DNA of 64,000 nt from Balanoglossus misakiensis (Eukaryota; Animalia; Hemichordata). The translations under genes and the position numbers were made by a program. Below, piece after piece: positions 12,001 to 24,000 of the stretch; the stretch's first letter is position 1; each line of letters begins with the position of its first letter. The stretch spans positions 13,695,337-13,759,336 of the forward strand of contig CM082584.2 in NCBI GenBank assembly GCA_040954595.2, read 5' to 3'. Under the pieces are notes generated by a model. It was not told the DNA's origin, searched no databases, and saw only the letters and a program-made list of their open reading frames with translations.

Positions 12001-15000
12001 ACAAATAAAGCCAGCTATGTCAACACTAACAGACCCAGGATAAACTCTTGTAAGGAAGCCTTCTCCAATATGGTGTTCACACGGAAACCATTGAAATGTA
12101 TCTGAAATGTCTCAGCTCAAATACTGGCATTATGTGTGAATGGTTTAAGTGGTCCTGCAATGTTTCAGATTTGAGACGGTCCAGGCAGACCTGTGCTGGT
12201 GTAAAGGATTAACATGTTTTTGCTGTCCATGGGGCTGAGGGTCAGGGTCTATGCATAAACTTTGTGTGTGGGGACACAAAGCGACTCAAAGGATTGACGC
12301 TCTGTGTTTACGAATGGCAAATAGTGTCTCTGAAACGTTTCCAGTTTTACCAAGTGTGAACATGGTACAGTAGACATAATATCCTTGCCTCACATGACTT
12401 ACAGGAGGTGTGAACGTTTTGATATCCGCAACTTGAATACGACGCATTGTCGACCAAACTTCGTGTAATAAGCCCTAATTATAATTCTTTTATGATTATT
12501 AAACTTTGACACAAGTGTAATCTGTCCATGTTCACACATAATGCAGAGTTCATTGTCCATAATTTCGAATGGAAATATGGTATAGGAGATACAGACACTT
12601 ACAGTTTACACAGCTGCAGTGTTGCATTATACACATGATGACTGACAATGAGGGCAACAGTGTATTTTGATGACCGAGGGCGCTGCTAGTCACAACTAAA
12701 ACTGTCTTGTTTTCCCGCCCGAGGGAAAACAGACTGTTTTGGTGTGACTGGCAGTCCCGAGGTCATCTAAAATACACTGTTGCTCGAATATGTCAGTCAT
12801 CATGAGATTTGTAACACACCAAACACGGAATTTTATCAAGACGGGGCAACAGTACCGGGCAGAAACTGATCGAAATGATGCCCTAGGGAACAGTTCAAAA
12901 TGACTAAGGTCACGTGACAGCGTATTGACGAATCACGATCGAGGGTTCGCTGCATGGTGTGTTACAATAATGATTCTCTCAACGTCTACAGAGTATATGC
13001 CTGCTTTGTCTTCTTTATCTTGACAGATTGTTCAAGTGGCACGTATGGTTCTGGATGTACACAGACGTGTCATTGCACCAATGGGTGTGATATAGCTACA
13101 GGTGCATGTATCAGTGGAGGTACATGTCAGTCAGGGTGGAGTGGAACAAATTGTCAGGGTAAGTGTCAGATTTTTCCGCGCAGGAAATGCACAAAGTGTT
13201 TTTCCATAAACATTGTTACATCCTATTTTATCATGTGTTCCTTTTAAATACAAAAGACTTATTTATTTTCACCAATAGCCAAATATTTGTAATCATTCAG
13301 TATATTTCTTTTTGTAGTCCCTGATTTATGCCCTACTGGTTTCTATGGTGACCTGTGCAGTTATGAATGTCACTGCAAAGACAATGCAGCATGTGACAGG
13401 ATAAATGATTTGTGTTCAAATGGAGAATGTGCTCCAGGATGGATTGATGTTCATTCAAGTGGTCACTGTCAGCAAGGTGAGTTACTGAAACTCAGCTTCC
13501 ATTTCATTTGTGTTAAATTACTGATTACTGTCCATTACCGGTATATGGTATTAGGATTTTCTCTTGAAGTAATTAGCAACCTTTGAAAATATTTGGTTCA
13601 TATGCTAATTTCTCAGAAAATTTGAGCTGGCTTCTCTACATGCCTGTGGTTATTTTCAGTGGGGAAGTCATTAGTCTTTGATGCACACTTTGTGCTTACA
13701 TGTTGGTTACACATGTACAGTACACCCCATTTGGTTGTACAGGCACCATAAGGTTTGTTGTAAGTTATTGGTTGGGTGGGGGTGATGATGTGTATTTGAT
13801 GTTGAAGTGTAATGATGGCTGGTAGCTAGCATTTCACCTAAAGGATCAGTGTATCACTACCACACCTGGGTTATTGAGACATGATACCCCATATGATCTT
13901 GCAATTTGATTATCAGTTTTCATTAAAATTAGACTCTGTTGTGTTGTTTTATCAAGCAATGAATGACTTATGGCTTCAATTTTCAGATGGCTCTCCAAAA
14001 TTAATAGAATTCAAGAATACGAAAGTAAACCCAGGTGAAGAGACACACTTTACATGTAAAGGTCGAAGCAATCCAACTCCACAACAGAATCAAATGGAAT
14101 ATTATTTAATCTCTGGATCACCAACTGCTGTAATGTTTGATGATATTGAAGAGGAAGCAGATTATCAATACACAGCAAATGCCAGAGGTGTTACTGTGAA
14201 CATTGGCCAGATCTATTATTGCTACATAAACATTTTTCCTTTTGGCAGTGTTAGTGAGCCGTTATCCCTTGAGTTGTATGGTAAGTAAAAGTCAATATTA
14301 TCAAATGCTTTAGTTTTGTGATTTCACATCATAAGCATGATCAAAAAAGGTAATTCTACATGTTGTGACTGTTATTTAGAGAACACTCAGACTGCAGTAG
14401 AGCAGCAAAATTTGAGATGTAAATTAAATAAAGTATAAATTGTTGGAATGGTCTTTATTCGCGAATGTGATGCTGTTTACATTACAGAGATATAATGCTT
14501 TCTTTTTAATAAAAAAAGAACAAAATGAAGTGATACTCCACAGTCAAATAAACAAATTCTTTGGGCTCTGTCAATAGATTAAGTGTGTCATCCATCTCAT
14601 GTGAACAAGTAGAAAGTATTTTTGCAGCAAAGGTTCCATCTCTATAATGAAATACCAATTGAAGTGACCAATTAATAGCTTCATACCCATGATAGTTTGC
14701 ATTTATCAGATCTTTTGGTTTGAATATTCAGCACTACCAAGATTTGCAGATAATAACAAACCAGGCGTTACAGTTCAAGCAACACAAGCAACCGTAAGCT
14801 GGCAGAAATGGGATTCAGAAAGTGATGTTGGTGATGGACCTGTAGAAGCTTACTTAGTTTACTACAAAAAGGCATCAGATGATGATTGGACGTCTCATGG
14901 TACAATTACAGTATCTGATCCTGATCAGTCGAGTTACACTACAGACATCACTGTTTTAGACTGGTCTACTAGTTATGATTTCACAGTGACTGTCAAGAGA

Positions 15001-18000
15001 CCTGGACTCAAGGGAGAAGGGAGCAAGGAAACTTTAACCTCAGCCACTACACTGTGTGATGGTAAGTGATATAGCTTTGCGCAGAGCATTGGTCACATGT
15101 ATAACAGGACAATTTGATTTCAGTTGAAATTGTTGTATCACAAATCAAACTTATTGCTTTCAGCAATAACTTTGATATTTGGGCACATTCACTAATTTTC
15201 ATGAAGTCTGTGTACATGTGCACACTAGCTGTCACATGTCTATGGCCTGAAACGTTTGTTTTGGCTATTAATGTAGGACAGGAAAAATTCTTGTGCTCTG
15301 ATGTTTTAGTTTTGTACATTTAATATTGCACAAACTTCACTCAATATAAAAATGTTCTTTCTTCAGTGCCCTCAGAAGGACCATCAATTAAAAGTATAAC
15401 ATCAACAGACCCAAAAGAGCTTGAAATTACAGTGGAGGTAAGGGCAGCAATTTGTAGTGTGTACACTTTGTACTTCTGTATTATCATATGAAATCATTGT
15501 ACAGTGGGTATATAGTTACTATGATACTGATTGACTGAGGGGAGGGACCTGTTCAAGTAGTTAGTCCATTTATGTCAGTGGTATTACTGTATACTGTTTA
15601 TGTACATCCTCATAAAGTGGCATTTATGTTAATACATTGTTTCACAGCCTCTCATCTGGTGGTCTGTTTCTATAGCTGCTGTACACTGATGCCCCCCTAG
15701 CATGTCACAACATCAGCATTGGATTGTGCAGTAGCAAAACTAGGCTACTACTTTTGCCAATTGGTAGGCTAGTAGCATGGTCAGAAGAATTAGACATTTT
15801 AGTAATAGTATCCAGCAATGGGACTGGGAGACAGTTTAACTACTTGTATACAAATGTACACAATCAAACTGGGAACAATAGGTCTTCAGGTTTATTAAAC
15901 GTAATAGAAAATTTCTTGATGTACATGTACAGTACATACTGTTCACATTGTAATAGTGTTGTTAACTTTTGACTTTATGACAGGTACCTGACACATCAGA
16001 GATCAAATGTAATCCTGATGGATACATTGAGAATTTCAATTTGAAGTATAATAAGACAAACACTCAGGAAGAATACACAGAGTTACTGGTGAATGATGGC
16101 ACTGAACGTACATTTACAATTGATGGATTACTGGCATACACTGAGTATGATGTGATGGTGTCATTTGACAACAAAAATGAACAAAGTCCATGGAGTCCAG
16201 TGTCAACTGCAAGAACGGATGAAGATGGTGAGTTGAAACTCAAATTGCTCTAATTCCGAGGGAGAATGTTACGGGTCATTTTTGATAGGTGTGGAATCTG
16301 ATATGATATATAATACCGCAAATAAAGAAATCAATAAGCAACAAAAGTTAGCAAAACCAGATCAAAGAGCATACATGTATACATGAAGGCATGCATGCAT
16401 GCATGCATGATGAATCAGACTGATTGCCTGATTGAAAACAAAATCATACCATTCATAGAACATAAGTAAAGTCACCTGAAGAGGAAAACTACCTGTAAAG
16501 ATAAAATTTAAACGCATTTCATATGGAACATATAAATCTTACATGTAATTAATGTGTGTATTATTTTCATGCATTTTCCCACAGTGCCATCCGAACCGAG
16601 AAATGTGACATTGAGACCTGCAGTGACGACCATAGAAGTCCAGTGGTTAATACCTGATCCAGTAAATGGTATCATCACAAAATATAAAATTATTTACCAG
16701 GAAACAAGCGATGTAAACACAAAGAAAGAGAAAGAAGTGACAGAAGATCTGAGTGGTGTTAACACATATCTCATAACCAACCTTACAAATGATATTTCAT
16801 ATACTGTTCAGGTAATTAAAACATGTATTTCCATAATTTTTCCATGAAATAATTATTCTGTCAAATAGCAAATAGTCAATTATATGTCCAATGTAATGTT
16901 GATTACTTGCAATCAATTTGTTGAAGAGAGAAAACTTGTCAGGCCAGGGCAAACATGCAAATGAGGCGATGAGTACTTGGGGGGAGGGGAGTCCACCATG
17001 TGTCTTTAATTCTATGTGAATAATTTGAGAAAGAAGGAACACACAAAAAATTGCTGTTGACTAACAAGTTCAAAAAAATAGTACACCCAATTTTTAGTGC
17101 AGTTATTTGTGTATGAGTAAATCAATGCTTATATGCAATTTTCAGGTTGGAGCATTCACAACCCCAGGAATTGGACCTTTAAGTGATGAGAAAAGTGCCA
17201 CAACAACAGTGACAAGTAAGTTGATGTGTTTTTCTTTACATACTATAGTCAAAAATATGATTATAGGTACTAGAGGGGATTACTTAAAACCTTTGGCAAC
17301 ACGAACAGCATGCTGATCATGTATGTACTCAAACATACTGATTATCAATTCAATATGTTGACCCAACTGTAACATATACTTGAGCCGATATGAGTATGAA
17401 AATCTTACTTTATATGAAAGTTTTGCTTTCAACAGTATAGCTGTCTCCTATATTGTATTAATACTGTTTTACAGTTGTGTAGTAATTGTTTTCTTCCCTA
17501 TTTTGACTCTTTAGTTCCACGGGAGCCCACCAGCCTAGAAGTTGGAGATATCACAGACACTGAGATTCAATTGCTTTGGACAGATCCCTTTCCATTTAGT
17601 GGAGACATTCAACACTATGGGGTAAGATTTTCAGATTTATTGTGGATTAAAGAAATAATTGTTTAAAAGTCATGTGAAAGCATTGACACATGGTGCTTGT
17701 TTTATGATTGTTATTTTGAGTATTGTGGACTATCCTTTAAATGCACAGAGGGGGAATTCTACTACCTGTTTGGTCAGATGTGCTATTGCTGGCACAAGGA
17801 TAACGTACAATTGCATACACATATGTCAACTTCTGTTTTGATAAAGACCCATTTTCTCATGTCAGAAGCCACTTTCTGTCATTATCAAAGAATGTTTCAG
17901 ATCTTTTAAATGGGATTGAACAAATAAGAGTTTGTTTGGCAAGTTGTAAATATGTTTTTGTCAATAAAGCTGACTTTGCAATTGACTTGTTAACAGAATT

Positions 18001-21000
18001 TTAAATTCCATCTTTCAGATATCATACACTTCCACTGAATCAGTGTTCAAAGACACACTGATGGAAACCCGATCATTGCTTGTTGAAGGCACAAAAAATA
18101 CTCACACACTTACAAATTTAAGTCCTGGAACGACATATAGCATTAATGTGAATGCCAGCACTTCCAAGGGATTTGGAGAACCCTCAACTGTGTCAAGTGG
18201 CACTTCATTTACAGGTAAGTAGATTCTTATTGTACAGTATAAAATCCTTTTCACAAATGAGAGTGCATGTTGGGAAACCTTGATTGGAAAAACAGTCCTT
18301 TGATTTGCCTCAGTATATTATTGCCATTCTGAATTTCAAAGGTAGGAAATTGGAGCTTTTGTCATGCAGTAAGAAGGATCTGACAGTTACTCTATAGTCA
18401 TTCACTTTAATTTCATGTGACACTCTACAAGAATCCACCACCCAAGAAATCCAGAACATTTGCACAGTAAATTGATTCGTTGTGAACTTATTGTGTAAAT
18501 GAATTTGGCCAATTTGTTACCCATCATCTACCGTTCTACTGATTCCTCAGACTTTTCTTGCCTTTCAGTTGTAGATTATACTCCATATACCTATCTATCA
18601 ATAATTTACTTTCAGTTGATATTTCAACAACGCTGCCCATGACAGATGTATCAACTGATGTTGTACACTCTGAGACGAAAGCACAAGTTACTCTACCAGG
18701 CCTCTCAGAGGACTCAGGCATTTCTGAAGACACCACACTCGTGTAAGTGTAGCACAGTTTTTTTCATGGTAATACAACTTTGTCTTGTACTCATTATAAA
18801 CTGAACCTCTTTTTGCAGAACCTCGTCCCATGTTCCCTTTCTGCATTTGTCCAATTCACTAGTAAATGAGACTCTTCGTTTCTAACTGTGGAATTTTCTA
18901 TTTAACCAGACACTTTTGGGATTGAACTTTCATTGATCTGTGTTGTTGATTTTGTGTGTCTAACTAACTAGAGAGAAAAAAATGTATAATAAATATATTT
19001 CATTTTTCAGTGACTACATCATAGTTCTGGAATATGAGCAAACCATTGAGACAAGACGACGACGAGAAATAGATACTTCAAAACTTGGAGAGTACGATCC
19101 TTCTGGTCCACCTTACTACATCACAGCATTACTCCCTGTCAATAATTTACCCGAGACATTTATAATTGGTGATGACGGTGTGTATGGTGGTTATTCCAAT
19201 GTTCCACTCACTACAGGGAGACAATATGGTGTCTACTATGGACTTAGGAGTGATGTTGATGGGGTAAGATAATTTTGAGCATTAAAAGATCAATTTATTC
19301 TTCAAATATGTATATATCAAAAGTATCAAATATAATTCTCCAAGCAAAGAGGAAGCAAGCTAGCAAGTCTGTCGGTCACATGTGTTGATCTTATTTTTAA
19401 ACTGGCCATCTTCTGACAGCAAATCAGTTTTGTATACATTATTTTCTCACCCCTGATCAGTGGCCATGTAGGTTGACCAGACTCTAACTTCTGATAAACT
19501 TTGTGGTGGTTCACAGACACATCTTGGTTTCAGAGATATTAATTAAAGTGAATTTCTTGGTGTGTTTTTTACAGGAATCTGTCTACCACCTTGATGAAGA
19601 CCCAGCACTGTCCTTCAGGGGTATGTGACACAGTGATTTCTAACTTGTTTGCATTCTGAGGGTTGCTCATATGAACCAGTTTATGCACTATGTCCTGTCT
19701 GTTTCTGCTGTAGATAGCTGCTAAATGACATGGCTATGTTTTTAATAGTCCAGTTACATTTTTTTCTAATATGTTTAAAAGGTGGTGGCCCTGAGCCAAC
19801 AGGATCACCAATAGGTGCCATAGTTGGTGGTATAGTGGCTGTTGTGGTAATCGCTGCATTGGCTGTCGTAGCTGTCTTCCTATTCAGACGGTGAGCAACT
19901 TTGATTTAGAGCCAATAATAGTAAGAGGCTAATGTTATACCTGTTTGAACTTGACTTCATTAAAACTCAGTATAAGAACACTGTGCAATTAGTATCTTAA
20001 ATGAGCAGAATAAATTATTTAAGAAAAAAACTTGTTAAACTTTTCATTTTGTGTAACATTCAAGAGATGGAGGACATGGTTTGCTCTTTATTTTGGAACT
20101 CCTACACTACAAATTTATTGAAAATCTGTAATATGAAGGTAGACTATAACTTGTATTTCATTGTTCTTCATGTTATCTGATGCAGGTATCGACCAGACCA
20201 GGATAAAGAAAAAGACAGTCAAAATGAGCTTCACCTGCCGTGCCAGAGTTCTGAAAAGGACAAAGAATTCAAATATCAAAATGTGGATTTTGATAATCTG
20301 AATTCTGGTAAGAATTGAGTTGAAATATTTTGTTTTAATTTGTACAAAGGATAAATTAGTAATAGCAGATTTAATGTAACTATGTTAAATTGATATGCCT
20401 ACAGATGAACAGGCAAGAAAACCCATCAACACCGAATCACAGTATGCAAATGTGGATGAAATAAGCAAGAAACCAAACAGAAAGAATGGTTCTCCGATGA
20501 CAGAGTCGCCCTATGCAACCCCTGATGACATCCACCCACAAGTAGATAGCCCACCTAAGATAGCAAAGAAACCAGTCATGGATAACCCACCTAAGCCACC
20601 ACAGAAACCTGTAATTCCTGCCAGAGACAATGCACCTGCACCTCCAGAGGTCGCCTCCAAGAAACCATCGTTGCCAAAGAAACCACAAGCTATTCCTAAG
20701 GCAACACTGTCGCCGAGAGACTCGGAGCATGTCATCCTTGTGGAAGAGTTGTCCGAGTGCATCACGAGGAAGAGAAAGAATGATGAGTTTAAGAAAGAGT
20801 TTAAGGTGATATGCTTTTGAAATGTGATTGCCTGCAATGTATTGAAAATTGAGTAATGTGAGGTCACTCATTTGTGTGTGACTTTAGAGAAATCCAGAGA
20901 CTGCTATTCTGTAGACTGAAATTTTACTTTGATTTCTTTTTTAGAGTCTCCCTGCTGGCCAGGTGAAGCCAGTATCTGACGCCAAGATTCCAGACAATGC

Positions 21001-24000
21001 CAAGAAGAACAGATTCCGTAACATTCTTGCGTGTAAGTAAAATGAGTTTTCACTGTGTGAGATGATTTCATTGAGCCAAAACAATCCACAAATGGGAATA
21101 CCCTGGGGTTGTGTGTGGTTATAGAAAATTCCATTTTAGTCTGGTCATTTTCTTGAAAGTTTCACAAACGTTGCTTGAAGATTTGTGTTGTCCCATGAAA
21201 CAGATTTGAAGGTGAATTTCACAGGTGGAACCTAATATAATAATTATGAATGAGTTTTGGGCAAACATGTGGTGCACATTCTTTGATGTAGAATTTCTCA
21301 TTGTATTATGTTACATCCTTTTTTAGATGACCATTCTCGTGTACGGCTAGATCTTATTGAAGGAGATCCACATTCGGATTACATTAACGCAAGTTATATC
21401 GATGTAAGTTGAATCTGTTTTGCATGGTCAGTTCACATTCTCAGCAACATACCTTATGAAAAAGAACTGCTGCATTATTCAGGATGTTTATGTTGTAGAC
21501 AGCAAATTTTGTATCAATCTGTATAGTAAAATTTAGCAGTGGAGATATTTTATACTTACCGAGTCTCATCTTGAAACTTTATTTTTCACTAATTTGTGAA
21601 AGAAAATTCAATTCAGATAAAATGAAATGTAATCATAGCATGGACAAATGTTTTGTATTCTGGCTTCCTAATTGAGGTTTTAGACGCTGCACTGCCCAGA
21701 GACATACTGATACAATCCACCATAACAAGCAAGTTCAGTACCTTGCTGTGGTAATTGAAAACATTGTAAATTTAATGGAAGCCGAGTTTTTAAAACTGTA
21801 CAGGAATTTTGAAATTTTTTGCTTGATTGCCAGGGTTACAAGAAGGAGAAGGCATATATCGCTGCACAAGGTTTGTATTACAATTTTTTGGCACTGTTCA
21901 CTTTTAGACCGTGATTGTGGTGTTGATAATGTACTGTACAATGTAGGTGACTTGTCCTGATAGAATACGATTTTTCACTCTGTATTGAACTGACTTGGCC
22001 TTAAGCCACACTTCCAACATGCTGTTGTATTACACATGAGCAATTCACCCATGCTGCAAACCCCAAAAAGAGTTGGTCACATATGTACCATGTGAAATAT
22101 TTTATCACTGTGTCAGTGTTTGTACATTATGTGATAAGATTCAAATGTACTGACTTTGTTTATGAAAGCGTGCCAAGACAAAAAGGTATTCAGTAGTTGT
22201 GAAAAACGATTACTTGTCCTAACATACACCAAAACAACTACATATTAATATTACTGATATTTGCTATAAATGAGACTTATACCTGGTGTGTTTTTATACA
22301 GGACCCAATAACTTTACAATAGATGATATGTGGAGGTTGATCTGGCAGGAAAATGTTACTATTGTCTTAATGGCTACCAACTTATCAGAAAATGGAAAGG
22401 TATTTAATTAATTTAAAACTTCCAAACTAAGTGCTGTAATTTCTGCAGTAATAAAATCAATATCAGCAACCAAGGCAATGGGCAAAAAGAGTCATGTCTT
22501 CCAGACAATAATCATCACTTTTCATGTGTTTTAATGTCTACCAGGTCAAATGTCACCAGTATTGGCCTGAAAAAGAAAGTCAATGGTATGGAGATATATG
22601 TGTTACACTGGCAGGCAAGGAATCATTTGCAGACTATATGGTCAGGACGTTCAAAGTCCAAATGGTAGGTTTATAAACTGTTAATATCGCAATTTGCATT
22701 AGTTGGTAGAGTTGACATTTATTTGTGTTACATGAAGTTGACAAGTAATTATCCATAGATTTGATAAGAATGTTTCAAAAGCCAGGTGGAGACAGGAATT
22801 CCAGCCACAAAGACCCATAATACATCAGCTGATATACAAGCTCTCCATAGTCTTGTTACGTGTAGTTGGCAACTTTTTTTCATAATGCAATTTAGTCCAT
22901 AGCAGAACTAAATTTTCTAAGCGTCCTTGGAATGCGGAAGCCCTTATATATCCAAGGAAACTAGTTATGGCAATCTTTTTATGCTCAGGTGACCACGGCC
23001 ACTTACATTTCTAAATCTCTGTGATTGGTGCGGTAAATTCCAGGTGGCGAAATTGATACAGGGTGGTTGAATCAACAGAAGGGCTAATAGAGGTTTATGC
23101 TATTGACTGTTCAACCCTAAAAGTTCCCAGAATTTATTAAGATATTTGTACCAGGGATCAAGGGTACAGCTTAGAGTTTTATGATGCTTTCAGTTCTGCA
23201 AGAAAAACAAAAAACGCTCATGTCAACGCAAAGTTATTTTCTTTTTTCTGAAATAATTGTATTGCCACCAGAACACTGTAGGTGTACGTTATCAGAAACT
23301 GACCATGAGAAGAAATAACAATGTTTATTTCCCCCAAAAAAACAAGTAAAGATAAAGTGTAAATTTACAAAGTGATTCAATTATACATAAAGGAGGAAAT
23401 AGGAGTGCCAAAAGATATCTGTCCAGCAACTAATCAAGTCTACCTCCATACTTATAAACCTTTTTGATAAGAAATCTGGGTACAGTACTAAGTGTAATTT
23501 ATCTTTCAGGATAACTCCAAAGTTCGTGTTGTCAAGCAGTTTCACTTCACTGTCTGGCCTGACATGGGCGTGCCGATCTATGCCACTGCGGTACTGGCTA
23601 TTCTGAAGCATGTCAAGTCTTGCATTCCACCGAACTCTGGTCCGTTGTTTGTACACTGCAGGTAAAGCCAACTGATGAAATGTTCTTTAATAATCTACAG
23701 TCAAAACCCTGATGATATGCGAATAGCTGATGTCATTATAGAGAATAAAGCTGCAAGAGAGGGCTGGAGATGTTCTGACAACCACTGATGCGATATGCTC
23801 TGGCTTTTCATGTGAGGAAGCGTCACATCTACTTGGTCTCAAACCCAATCTAGCCGTCCTCTTCTATTAAAGCTTATTTCATTCTCCATTTGAAAATCAT
23901 TATCGTGTAAAAATCAGCATGCTCAATTGATTTAAAAAGGCAACAGTCACAATAGAAATGCCAAAAATTAAACCAATGTAGTCAAACTGACGGAGTTCAA

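Noticed and set aside
8483-15061. Calling the gene TEK/TIE1 or PTPRA/PTPRM
   Set aside because: There is no kinase domain and no MAM domain, so no vertebrate symbol fits; orthology needs phylogeny
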